Positions 16,615 through 24,937 of a DNA stretch of 29,435 bases are shown in pieces. Location of the stretch: the IMG/VR virus record IMGVR_UViG_3300023314_000007, positions 1 to 29,435 of that record. The stretch is one strand, 5' to 3'. Position 1 is the stretch's first letter. Every line of letters begins with the position of its first letter. The position numbers and the translations under genes are program-made. The notes under the pieces were generated by a model. That model was given only the letters and a program-made list of their open reading frames with translations. It did no database searches and had not been told where the DNA came from. The DNA is from a virus (taxonomy: Duplodnaviria > Caudoviricetes).

Positions 16615-16940
16615 TATGCTAGATACTTCTCCTCCAACATACCTTCATCTTTGAGATCACGGAGCAGTCCTAATTCAAGTACCGGTCCCATCTTCTCGTC
16701 AAATTCAGCCATAGTTTTAAAGTTAAAACTGTTCCAAGAATCATTCGCGCGACTATACATGATAGTAGCCTCCATTCTTATGTCAGCGAAGTCTAGAATA
16801 TCCTTATTCTGAGCGAGAGCTTCAGAGGTCAGATTTCTAATTCTCGTCTTTACGGCTGAAGATGCACTCCACACCGTTTTTCCAGTTGAATTCAAAATAA
16901 ACTTAACTGTAATAGGTACTCGTATTGTTTGTCCAGCCAC
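16614..16940 (-). CDS. Hypothetical protein
   Basis: GTG 16940 with AAAGGAG RBS. Confidence 0.65.
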   Translation of the reverse strand: MAGQTIRVPITVKFILNSTGKTVWSASSAVKTRIRNLTSEALAQNKDILDFADIRMEATIMYSRANDSWNSFNFKTMAEFDEKMGPVLELGLLRDLKDEGMLEEKYLA

Positions 16941-17110
16941 TATTCTTTCTCCTTTAGTATTTGATCTATTGCCAATTCGTCTAACCAAGATGTAACATTA
17001 TCGTCATTTGATAGTAGGTAGTCCCTAGGACTTCCAGACTTCACAGCCTGTATAGTTCCGAATCCTGGAACTTCTGTACCTATATCGTAAAATCCATGCT
17101 CGTTCTTCAT
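16940..17110 (-). CDS. Hypothetical protein
   Basis: ATG 17110 after AGGAAAGG; first CDS after the RNA cluster. Confidence 0.6.
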   Translation of the reverse strand: MKNEHGFYDIGTEVPGFGTIQAVKSGSPRDYLLSNDDNVTSWLDELAIDQILKEKE

Positions 17111-17139
17111 CCCTATACCTTTCCTTATGAACACTTCGA

Positions 17140-17288
17140 GGGGGGTGTCTTACTCCGGATCAAGGATCGCGTATCAGCAATGCACTCTTCCACGTCCAGC
17201 ACCGGCAGAAAACCGTAGAACACCACCAGCCACTATGTCTTTGGCTGCGCGGCCTCAGACGGGTCTAGTGAGATTCGTGCATCCCCCC
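17140..17288 (-). ncRNA. Putative multi-branched RNA module (~150 nt)
   Basis: G6/C6 closing stem, AUGCAC/GUGCAU inner stem, three hairpins with G-U pairs on minus. Confidence 0.5.
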
Positions 17289-17316
17289 AGAATTACTCAT
17301 AAATTGTTAAGTAAAC

Positions 17317-17420
17317 AGTCAAGCGATCAGCGGATGGAGTTTCGCTAACTCCCCGGTGGGCACTCGCCTTCCGTGTAGGCTATCGCGTTACAGCGTATTT
17401 TTACAGCTGACCGCATGACT
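17317..17420 (-). ncRNA. Putative cloverleaf-like RNA module (~104 nt)
   Basis: AGUCA-U-GCGGUCAGC / GCUGAUCGC-U-UGACU closing stem plus three short hairpins. Confidence 0.55.
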
Positions 17421-17437
17421 ATCTAATTTGCTAAGTC

Positions 17438-17506
17438 GATAAGGTACCGGGCGGCCCGACAGGTGGCTATCAATGTGTATTGATTCACCCGGTACTAATC
17501 CTTATC
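17438..17506 (-). ncRNA. Putative three-way-junction RNA (~69 nt) at the transcript 5' end
   Basis: GAUAAGG/CCUUAUC and UACCGGGUG/CGCCCGGUA stems, two inner hairpins. Confidence 0.5.
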
Positions 17507-17514
17507 TATCATTC

Positions 17515-17543
17515 AATATAGCACACTTGCTTCAAAAAGTCAA
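17515..17543 (-). promoter_or_regulatory. Repeated leftward phage promoter, copy 3
   Basis: TTGACT-17 bp-TATATT, near-identical to copy 2. Confidence 0.8.
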
Positions 17544-17551
17544 TGACATTT

Positions 17552-18040
17552 TTACATTGAATCTGTGTATTTCCACAGCCTAGACGCTTCATCCTCTGTA
17601 CATAAATCTATGTCAGTAGGACGGTCGCCATTAATCTCTTCAACTCTGCGAAACGCGATAGTAACATTGCCAGTATCAGCGCGATCCAACGTATAATAGC
17701 TGGGATGATTAGCATAGTATTTCTCGTATTCCTTACTACTGATAACTTTTTTATACCAGTTCGTTACAACATAACCCTCGGTATCAATGAGTGGCCCGGT
17801 CTTTAATTCTTCTGCACGTCCGGCATACAAGGCCTTGACTTTATCTTCTACTCGTTTTGTAGTAGGTTCTACGTTATCAATAGCGTCATATCTATAGGCT
17901 ATCCCATTCAAAGTGAATCGATCACCACGAATAACAGGGTCGGTTGTTAGCTGCTCATTCAGGTATTTACCTTGAGCCTCACTAACAAGCAACTCCTGCT
18001 CGTTATAGTCTTTCCATTTTATACGCCAATAATACGACAC
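17552..18040 (-). CDS. Hypothetical protein
   Basis: 162 aa, GTG start with AAGGA RBS. Confidence 0.7.
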   Translation of the reverse strand: MSYYWRIKWKDYNEQELLVSEAQGKYLNEQLTTDPVIRGDRFTLNGIAYRYDAIDNVEPTTKRVEDKVKALYAGRAEELKTGPLIDTEGYVVTNWYKKVISSKEYEKYYANHPSYYTLDRADTGNVTIAFRRVEEINGDRPTDIDLCTEDEASRLWKYTDSM

Positions 18041-18043
18041 GTT

Positions 18044-18286
18044 TTATTCCTTATCTTGCCAGCCCTGTACGACCTCTGTTAAAATGTCTAGATCATCATC
18101 ACTGTTATGTGCGCTAGGATCTACTGACTCTTGTTCTAGCAACTGAGTAAACCAGTAACCCTCTGAAGCTTGGCCCATAGTATGTGGCTTGTCTTCTCTG
18201 TTCCAGTAACCCTCACTATCCCGGCTCCAGATAGAACCCTTAGGAAGCCAGTCACTAATTTGGTAATTTAGTCTATAATATTTCAT
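18044..18286 (-). CDS. Hypothetical protein
   Basis: MKYYRLNYQISDWLPKGSIW... Confidence 0.6.
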   Translation of the reverse strand: MKYYRLNYQISDWLPKGSIWSRDSEGYWNREDKPHTMGQASEGYWFTQLLEQESVDPSAHNSDDDLDILTEVVQGWQDKE

Positions 18287-18291
18287 AATAT

Positions 18292-18384
18292 TTATCCCCA
18301 TGGATCAAAGAAATCTTCGATACCTTCAATTAATAATTCACCCAGGATCTCTACACCATCCGCGATATCTTCTAATATGTCCAT
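18292..18384 (-). CDS. 30-aa acidic peptide (not in the ORF track)
   Basis: GGAG RBS; MDILEDIADGVEILGELLIEGIEDFFDPWG*. Confidence 0.45.
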   Translation of the reverse strand: MDILEDIADGVEILGELLIEGIEDFFDPWG

Positions 18385-18465
18385 ACTTGACTACTCCACA
18401 TTACATATAATATTAGTGTCGCTGATACCAGGAAGGCCACAGCTATGTACCAAATCCAATTTACT

Positions 18466-19470
18466 TTATTCGGTTCCACGTTCACGGTCCTTTGCTGCAG
18501 TAACTACTTTATGTACTTCCGGGATAGCCATTGCACCCTCACCGACTGCACTCGCTACTCGCTTGATAGAGTTAGCGCGGATATCACCGGCTGCAAATAC
18601 TCCGCGGATCGATGTCTCATGGTCATACGGCTTACGTCCACAAATATTCTCAAACTCTTTCATAGCATTACGCTTTAGATCCCGTCCAGTAAGAACGAAT
18701 CCATGCTGGTCTCTTTCTATCAAATCTTCTAACCAATTTGTCAAGGGGATAGCACCAATGAGGATAAAGATATTATCTACATCAAATCCTTCGTGGTATA
18801 TTTCACCCTGCAAATACATTGTAGTTAAATGATTAACACCGTCTACATTTACGATTTCGCTGTTGTAATGAATAGTTACATTCTCGGTCGCTTCGAGTCT
18901 TTCAACAAGATAATGACTCATCTTGTCATCTATAGATCCTCCGCGTACAACTAAATGTACAGTAGATCCAGGATATTGTGATAGATGCAAAGCGGCCTGT
19001 CCGGCAGAGTTAGCACCACCAACCACAGCAAAATTCTTACCACGGTATTTGGTACTAAGACTAGGTGATCCATATGATACACCACGTCCTAGGAACTTTG
19101 TCAAGTTAGGCACGTTGAGTCTGCGATATTGAACGCCCATAGCTAGTACAACTGACCGGGTATCTGTGTAGACACCTGAATCATCTAGTACTCGGATCTT
19201 ATTATCTTCACGCTCAATACCACAAACACGCGCAGGGGCTAAGAACTCAACGTCAAACTTATATGTCTGGTCTAACATCCGTTGAGTTAATTCGCGACCA
19301 GTCACGCCATCGGGGAATCCGGCATAGTTTTCGATCAATGTAGATGTTCCTGCTTGTCCTCCAAAGTCAGTGTTCATATCCATCACTAGGGTCTTTAAAC
19401 CTTCACTCGCTGCATTTACAGCGGCAGATAGTCCAGCTGGCCCGGAGCCTACAATAATCACATCGTACAT
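18466..19470 (-). CDS. trxB: Thioredoxin-reductase-family FAD/NAD(P)H oxidoreductase lacking the CxxC active site
   Basis: [13 protein letters not shown]...[23 protein letters not shown]; [10 protein letters not shown] where TrxB has GxGVSYCATC. Confidence 0.85.
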   Translation of the reverse strand: MYDVIIVGSGPAGLSAAVNAASEGLKTLVMDMNTDFGGQAGTSTLIENYAGFPDGVTGRELTQRMLDQTYKFDVEFLAPARVCGIEREDNKIRVLDDSGVYTDTRSVVLAMGVQYRRLNVPNLTKFLGRGVSYGSPSLSTKYRGKNFAVVGGANSAGQAALHLSQYPGSTVHLVVRGGSIDDKMSHYLVERLEATENVTIHYNSEIVNVDGVNHLTTMYLQGEIYHEGFDVDNIFILIGAIPLTNWLEDLIERDQHGFVLTGRDLKRNAMKEFENICGRKPYDHETSIRGVFAAGDIRANSIKRVASAVGEGAMAIPEVHKVVTAAKDRERGTE

Positions 19471-19493
19471 AAATCTATACCCCTTGTTTAAAA

Positions 19494-20075
19494 TTAGGCT
19501 CGGTCGATTGGTGTTAGCTCATCAAGTCGATCAAGTACATCCTCAAGATCGTAAAGATAACCGTTGATTTCTACAGTCTCAGACTCCTCTTCTTCTGCAA
19601 TATCTTCGTTATCACCAGAGATAACTGTGAAATTCTCTTCACCCTGCATCTCACTGACTGGTGTTTTAAATACCATACCGTAAGAAATAGGATTCCGGTC
19701 CGCGATGTAGGTAACGATTGTTTGAGTCTCAACTCCGACAACCTGGCCACCTGACATGCGATCAAACTCTACACGATCACCAACTTTAATAACAAGTTCT
19801 AGATCTTCGTCAGCGAAATCTTCTTCGCCATAAGACTCATCACTAAACTGGACAGTATAAGGGAACGGATTTTTATTATTCTCTTCCCATTCACTATAAG
19901 TTTCAATACGAACAATAGTGCCTTCTTTGCCAATAAGTTCTTGGTTCAAATATTCAGGTGATCCATCTTCGTCTACGTTTCGTAGAACACGAACAACTTG
20001 ACCAATCTTAAATTTAGTATTAGGTTGGTCTCGGTCAGCCTCGGCTGTTGCTACTGGTGTACTTGCTCCACACAT
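19494..20075 (-). CDS. Acidic tandem SH3/KOW-like protein
   Basis: [19 protein letters not shown]; GAGAGGA RBS. Confidence 0.7.
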   Translation of the reverse strand: MCGASTPVATAEADRDQPNTKFKIGQVVRVLRNVDEDGSPEYLNQELIGKEGTIVRIETYSEWEENNKNPFPYTVQFSDESYGEEDFADEDLELVIKVGDRVEFDRMSGGQVVGVETQTIVTYIADRNPISYGMVFKTPVSEMQGEENFTVISGDNEDIAEEEESETVEINGYLYDLEDVLDRLDELTPIDRA

Positions 20076-20090
20076 ATAAATAAATCCTCT

Positions 20091-20521
20091 CTATATGTTA
20101 TCTAAATTTTGAACCTTGGTGGGTTGGGGTTGATTACGTTTATAGAAATCTACCAACTTCCCCCACTTGAAATGTAACTCTTTTATGATGTGATACTTGG
20201 GGAATACGGACGACCCCGGGCTGCAGCTACTGCTCTCACACCTTCTAACACTTTATCTTTACCGTAGTCTTTGATAAGGAACTTTGCATAACGTCTCTGT
20301 TCATCTACTGGCCTCAGTTTTATATCAAGTGCTACCTCAAACGCAGTCATTACTTCTATGATGTCGTCATTAGGTATTTGGTTGATACCTATCGGCTTCT
20401 TTACTTCTTCGGCAACTACTACAGAAACCGCTGTAGCCATTCGGACAGTCTTATTGACTGTATCGATAACCACAGATGCGCCTTCTTTAATGTCTTCACT
20501 AGCGGTGTATCCATCAGACAT
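20091..20521 (-). pseudogene. Frameshifted gene resembling the C-terminal domain of phage replication-initiator proteins
   Basis: ORF stops at PYSPSITS* (20183). The -1 frame continues IKELHFKWGKLVDFYKRN...* to 20091, filling the gap to the next RBS. Confidence 0.5.
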
Positions 20522-20565
20522 TCCTTGCTCTCTTTTCATTCATGTAGTACATTTCCATACTATTC

Positions 20566-20594
20566 ATCATAGCACACTCGCTCTTAAAAGTCAA
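20566..20594 (-). promoter_or_regulatory. Repeated leftward phage promoter, copy 4
   Basis: TTGACT-17 bp-TATGAT, AGTGTGC before -10. Confidence 0.8.
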
Positions 20595-20603
20595 TAACAA
20601 TAT

Positions 20604-20640
20604 GTAGACGCTTGTGGATAACTGCATACTACTGTATCAT
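20604..20640 (+). promoter_or_regulatory. Divergent rightward promoter overlapped by a DnaA box
   Basis: GTAGACGCTTG (also at 2964-2974), TGTGGATAA at 20613-20621, TATCAT at 20635-20640. Confidence 0.5.
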
Positions 20641-20646
20641 ACCCTT

Positions 20647-20904
20647 ATGAATAGCATAGACCTTATGGAAGTTATCGTTAAAACGATCTTGGGAGACCAA
20701 GCCACTATAACACACAAAGAAGATGAGTATGGTGCGGTGATAACAATTCACCCTAACGGCTCAAGTATCGCATCGTTACTTGGTCGGAATGGTTCTACAA
20801 TAGATGCAATTAGAACACTAGCAAAGGTAATCGGTATTAACGGTAAGCATAGAATTAAAGTGAGTATACAAGAAGATGGCCCGGAAGATCGACGCGCAAA
20901 CTGA
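20647..20904 (+). CDS. khpA: KH-domain RNA-binding protein (KhpA/UPF0109 family)
   Basis: Single type II KH domain: LMEVIVKTIL...EDEYGAVITI...LLGRNGSTIDAIRTLAKVIG with GxxG loop. Confidence 0.8.
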   Translation: MNSIDLMEVIVKTILGDQATITHKEDEYGAVITIHPNGSSIASLLGRNGSTIDAIRTLAKVIGINGKHRIKVSIQEDGPEDRRAN

Positions 20905-21427
20905 AGTTAGAATTGTCGCCCTCATCGCTAGAGGCGATCCCTATACTTCAATCCAATCAGCATTAAAAGAAGATGGCATAGATATTAGTTTATCTGCTAT
21001 CACTGATGTTAAACAACGTAACACCTCAGCTCTTGAGCAAATCAAGAGTTCTCTTGCTGTACACGAAACCTCAAAGGCTACCAGGATCTTAAGCAAGGCC
21101 CGGAAGCAGATAGAGGATGCGCTAGATAGCAATGAACAATACCAGAAAGATCTAGACATGCTTAAACAAGCATACGAAGATGGTGATATAGATATTAAAG
21201 AATATTTACACGAGAAAGACAAGCTCTATCGTACTAACTTTATATCAATCAAAGATCTCACCACTGTATCTAAGGAGATGTTCAACCAGTCTCAACTTGA
21301 GTCCGGCAAACCTACTACTATAACAGAAAACCCAGAAGAAAACAAGAAGAACTTAATGATCCTACTCCGGGCCATTCAGGCCGGTGATGAGATCGGGATG
21401 CTACACGGAATCTTCCCTGATGCTTAG
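20876..21427 (+). CDS. HTH protein, possible terminase small subunit
   Basis: N-terminal HTH-like IVALIARGDPYTSIQSAL...ISLSAI, coiled coil, QLESGKPT motif. Confidence 0.5.
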   Translation: MARKIDAQTEVRIVALIARGDPYTSIQSALKEDGIDISLSAITDVKQRNTSALEQIKSSLAVHETSKATRILSKARKQIEDALDSNEQYQKDLDMLKQAYEDGDIDIKEYLHEKDKLYRTNFISIKDLTTVSKEMFNQSQLESGKPTTITENPEENKKNLMILLRAIQAGDEIGMLHGIFPDA

Positions 21428-21695
21428 TCTTACTCAATTCAAAAAGAATATCTTCCCACTTTTTAAGCTTATGGTCAATACCGGCCATATCTTTGAGATT
21501 GCTTATAAAGGTGTTGTATATGATATCCATGTACAAGCTACCAAGAAGAAGCCACACACAACTAGGGCAAAGAAAGCACGAAAAGAGGAGGTAACTCTTC
21601 AAGCTCTCGATGTTATCCCTTGTGTTATGTGCGACTCACTCCGGATAGCCGGGGTGTGTATGAATAAAAGTTGTCCTTCTAACTTACCAGCTTAA
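21420..21695 (+). CDS. Phd/YefM-like N-terminal domain plus C4 Zn finger
   Basis: SLTQFKKNIFPLFKLMVNTGHIFEIAYKG; CVMC...CMNKSC. Confidence 0.55.
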   Translation: MLSLTQFKKNIFPLFKLMVNTGHIFEIAYKGVVYDIHVQATKKKPHTTRAKKARKEEVTLQALDVIPCVMCDSLRIAGVCMNKSCPSNLPA

Positions 21696-22005
21696 CCGCT
21701 TTATCTGCTTGAAAGGCTAACTCTAGGCCCTTATATCCGAACATCACATATTTCATACCAACTTCATACGCGACAACGATAGCACCTTTAGCTATAGCTC
21801 GCGCAAAGTCTGATCCAAAATATTCTACAAGTTTCTCGGGTGTACGACAAGCGAACCTATAACCACTAAACCCAGTTGTCCATTTATCAACCGGAGTTGT
21901 GTTGCCATAATAAGTATACATCGCGTCCTCTGGATTCGTAATATACTTATTCATGTATGATCCGAAAACACCGTAGTCTTTATATTCCAATCTATAAACA
22001 ATCAT
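21679..22005 (-). CDS. Hypothetical early protein
   Basis: 108 aa, MIVYRLE. Confidence 0.65.
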   Translation of the reverse strand: MIVYRLEYKDYGVFGSYMNKYITNPEDAMYTYYGNTTPVDKWTTGFSGYRFACRTPEKLVEYFGSDFARAIAKGAIVVAYEVGMKYVMFGYKGLELAFQADKAVKLVS

Positions 22006-22023
22006 AGCGCCCCATTAATTCCC

Positions 22024-22329
22024 TTATCGTTTTCTAGTCTTCAATTCTTTCTCGAACACATCGATCCACGCTTCTATTTCCTCAGCTATCTGCTCATTCA
22101 CCGCTTCTTCGCGGTCCACAGAGTCAGATGCAAAGTCACTATCACCCATATAAGGATAGGATGTCGGCCGTTCCGATAACCTCCTTTTTAACATGGCGAT
22201 AGTATTAATAATATGACTAGTCTCCATGTCAGTGACCTCTATCTCTCGACCATTCTTCATGGTCCAAGTCTCATAGTCCTCAGGCTCAGGATCATAGGCA
22301 TCATATCCCATATCTTCAGCGTAACTCAT
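22024..22329 (-). CDS. Conserved-looking phage hypothetical protein
   Basis: WTMKNGREIEVTDMETSHIINTIAML; GGAGG RBS. Confidence 0.75.
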   Translation of the reverse strand: MSYAEDMGYDAYDPEPEDYETWTMKNGREIEVTDMETSHIINTIAMLKRRLSERPTSYPYMGDSDFASDSVDREEAVNEQIAEEIEAWIDVFEKELKTRKR

Positions 22330-22559
22330 AACAATCCTCCCTTCACGCCTCGGATGAGATTCAAAATAATTGCCTCATTAATTCCCTTGACATGATTATA
22401 AGTATATTTCATAACATTTAACACTTCTTTCGCTTGATGTGGTGTAAGGTCGCTATCTAGTTGCATAATATACTGATATGTGTATTTTACGTTTAGATAA
22501 TCCGGAAGGACTCGGATCTCATAAGATCCACCCTCATACCTTACATCTATACGAGGCAA
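22326..22559 (-). CDS. Hypothetical early protein
   Basis: 77 aa, coupled. Confidence 0.6.
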   Translation of the reverse strand: MPRIDVRYEGGSYEIRVLPDYLNVKYTYQYIMQLDSDLTPHQAKEVLNVMKYTYNHVKGINEAIILNLIRGVKGGLL

Positions 22560-22560
22560 C

Positions 22561-22788
22561 CTATCGCGCCCCCTTAAAGATCCTCAAATCATCATCCTCG
22601 GCTTGCATCTCAATGATACAGACGAGTGATCCATCTTGTCGCTCTATCTCGTGGCAACTAACTTCTCTATAACCGGCCATGACCGGCTTATTTTCTATCA
22701 CTAACCATAGCGCGAATATTGATATAGCTATCGCGACCAGTGAGGCCACAAGCTCAGGAGTTATAATTTCTTTCTTCTTAGTAGCCAT
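22561..22788 (-). CDS. Single-TM membrane protein
   Basis: 75 aa, hydrophobic helix plus Cys pair. Confidence 0.65.
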   Translation of the reverse strand: MATKKKEIITPELVASLVAIAISIFALWLVIENKPVMAGYREVSCHEIERQDGSLVCIIEMQAEDDDLRIFKGAR

Positions 22789-22824
22789 TAAATCAATCCC
22801 CTTTTGTCTTGATTAAAAGTTAGT

Positions 22825-22950
22825 TTAATTCTCTTCAGTTCCAACAGTAGCCACGCCATACAACTTAGCCTCCTCATCCATTATTCTACCTTCTGCCTCC
22901 ATATCCTCATCAAAGAGGCGCTGCGATTCTTCATCCCTAAACATACTCAT
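22825..22950 (-). CDS. 41-aa acidic peptide (not in the ORF track)
   Basis: TAATG coupling, GGAG RBS; MSMFRDEESQRLFDEDMEAEGRIMDEEAKLYGVATVGTEEN*. Confidence 0.55.
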   Translation of the reverse strand: MSMFRDEESQRLFDEDMEAEGRIMDEEAKLYGVATVGTEEN

Positions 22951-23318
22951 TAGATACTAACTCCATCCCAGACTTCTGGATCTGTTAGGCCGTCAATCTC
23001 TTTCAAGATCTCGGTCAGTGTATTTTTAAATAGATCTAGTATACGTTGAGCTTTAGCTTGTCGCCTCTTGCTCATACGTTCAATCTGTGTTGTAATAGGT
23101 GCATTGTGGACACCCCCTCCGCCATACCCTCGGTATACTCCGAACTGATCGGGGATATCCTCAGTGGGATATACTAGCTCAGACTTGATATAGATCCACT
23201 CTTCGCGGTTCATTATACTGTAGTGGATATCTTCAAGGTCCACATCCACGCCTTCAATTTTTAAATTGTCAATTAATTCCCTTAGGTTATCATCAACGAT
23301 TAAATCGATATCATTCAT
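22950..23318 (-). CDS. Hypothetical acidic early protein
   Basis: 122 aa. Confidence 0.7.
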   Translation of the reverse strand: MNDIDLIVDDNLRELIDNLKIEGVDVDLEDIHYSIMNREEWIYIKSELVYPTEDIPDQFGVYRGYGGGGVHNAPITTQIERMSKRRQAKAQRILDLFKNTLTEILKEIDGLTDPEVWDGVSI

Positions 23319-23319
23319 A

Positions 23320-23592
23320 TTAAAATGGCCTTACTTCTGTGCCCTCTTCAATATGTAAGAGGTATAGCTTAACGGCTAGGCGTTGCTTTTCTGTAAGTTT
23401 CTTAGATTCTGCTACATGTTGCAACAGGCTTTGAAATTGCCACTCTTCCCATGTCCGGTTAATGTAACGGATGTAGCGCTTAAATAGTAACTCATTATCA
23501 ACGTACACCTCGGCTTTATGTCCCCAGTTCCGGCTATTCTCGTATACACTTGCTTTAATAACTATATTATCTGTTATATTGAAAGTTGTCAT
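23320..23592 (-). CDS. Hypothetical early protein (YxNRTWE motif)
   Basis: 90 aa, AAGGGGG RBS. Confidence 0.7.
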   Translation of the reverse strand: MTTFNITDNIVIKASVYENSRNWGHKAEVYVDNELLFKRYIRYINRTWEEWQFQSLLQHVAESKKLTEKQRLAVKLYLLHIEEGTEVRPF

Positions 23593-23603
23593 ATTACCCC
23601 CTT

Positions 23604-24227
23604 TTATAAGTTAATGCTCATCATTTCGCCACTCATGGCCTCAAGGATAGCTCCGGCCTCACCATCGATATGGATATCATTACGGCTTAAGAGACTATCT
23701 ATTGTCTGTTCCCATTCTTTAATCTGTTCCTTAATATCTGCATGATCTCTTACGATATCATACTTGTGCCGGATTCGCATGATCTTATAATCTAGCTTAT
23801 CTCTAGGGCTTAAGGTATTAACAAAGGTGTTAATCTCTTTAAAGTTATTAAATGGCAACGTCTTACGATCTGTATCCGGCCCATATTCAACGTGATATCT
23901 GCTATTATCAAGCGTAGCCTCGGCCTTCTCAGGTACTCCGGCCCATTCCAACAGTTCCACATCATCCTCTTTAATATAACTAGCTAAAGATCTTAACTCC
24001 TCAATTTCTCCATAACTGATCCGTTCCGCTTTGATCTCACCGCGTAAATATTCAAGTCTGGTATCGATAATCTCATCAATATCATCAAAAGCCTGATTCT
24101 TTAGCATCTCTTTAGGCTCATCACCATCATAGCTAAACACCTCAACACCATCTAGAGTAGTAACGTAGCCCTCCCCTTCAGTGATATCTATTTTATATCC
24201 CTTGTGTTCTATTGTCTCTTTACTCAT
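23604..24227 (-). CDS. Multi-domain hypothetical early protein
   Basis: GAGGGA RBS before MSKET; ERISYGEI...LLEWAGVPE module. Confidence 0.7.
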   Translation of the reverse strand: MSKETIEHKGYKIDITEGEGYVTTLDGVEVFSYDGDEPKEMLKNQAFDDIDEIIDTRLEYLRGEIKAERISYGEIEELRSLASYIKEDDVELLEWAGVPEKAEATLDNSRYHVEYGPDTDRKTLPFNNFKEINTFVNTLSPRDKLDYKIMRIRHKYDIVRDHADIKEQIKEWEQTIDSLLSRNDIHIDGEAGAILEAMSGEMMSINL

Positions 24228-24228
24228 C

Positions 24229-24423
24229 TTATCCCTCTTTATATTCATTAACGTCATTAGTTAAATCTTTGACACTATAAATATCATTAACTACATCAAG
24301 CAATAGCTCGTAGACGCGATCAATGTTGTTGCCGTCCTCTTCACCTAGAAAGGCCTGAAGATCCTCTTGTGTCATTTTGTTTCGTTGCCCGTTTTCTATA
24401 GCGTTTTCTTCGATTGTTTTCAT
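24229..24423 (-). CDS. Hypothetical acidic protein
   Basis: 64 aa, coupled. Confidence 0.6.
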   Translation of the reverse strand: MKTIEENAIENGQRNKMTQEDLQAFLGEEDGNNIDRVYELLLDVVNDIYSVKDLTNDVNEYKEG

Positions 24424-24572
24424 TATTCTTTATCCTTCTGCTCGTCTAGATAGTTTAATATATTGCCTTCAAGTATGTTGTATAGTTCACTCTGTTGCTC
24501 TTCTGTCAGCTCTTCAGACTCTGAAAGCTTGCGCGTAAATGTTACTAATCTGATTCTATTAGGCCCATGCAT
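24423..24572 (-). CDS. 49-aa hypothetical protein (not in the ORF track)
   Basis: TAATG coupling on both ends. Confidence 0.55.
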   Translation of the reverse strand: MHGPNRIRLVTFTRKLSESEELTEEQQSELYNILEGNILNYLDEQKDKE

Positions 24573-24937
24573 TAGATAAACTCAACCTCTCCGTTAGGTA
24601 ACGTGAGCATTACACTGTCTTGTTTATACTTATCGCGCAATTCGTTACAGAGTTCACCCATTATAAAATGACTATCTTCGGTTGCAATTTCAATCTTAAA
24701 AGATCGCTCTGCTTTACCTTGCCAATACCCCTGCACTTCATAGATAGTAAATCCATTAATAGCATAGCTCTTTAGTATTCGCGCTACCTCGGCCGGATAC
24801 TTTGCTATAGCTAGGTCATTAAACTTAGCCACCTCTGTATCTGTAAGTATCTTATCGCTAGGCATTGCGCCTTTAAGTGATGATTGATATTGTTGCTTAC
24901 TCTGTACTGGTGTAGCATTGATTGTGTATAATTTCAT
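24572..24937 (-). CDS. SAM-lyase/DUF3574-like ferredoxin-fold protein
   Basis: GFTIYEVQGYWQGKAERSFKIEI...LRDKYKQDSVML. Confidence 0.55.
   Translation of the reverse strand: MKLYTINATPVQSKQQYQSSLKGAMPSDKILTDTEVAKFNDLAIAKYPAEVARILKSYAINGFTIYEVQGYWQGKAERSFKIEIATEDSHFIMGELCNELRDKYKQDSVMLTLPNGEVEFI

Noticed and set aside
17127-17348. 73-aa plus-strand ORF
   Set aside because: Antisense to the promoter-driven unit, atypical composition
17317-17420. tRNA gene
   Set aside because: No TTCGA T-loop, no D-loop GG, no CCA end; closing stem too long
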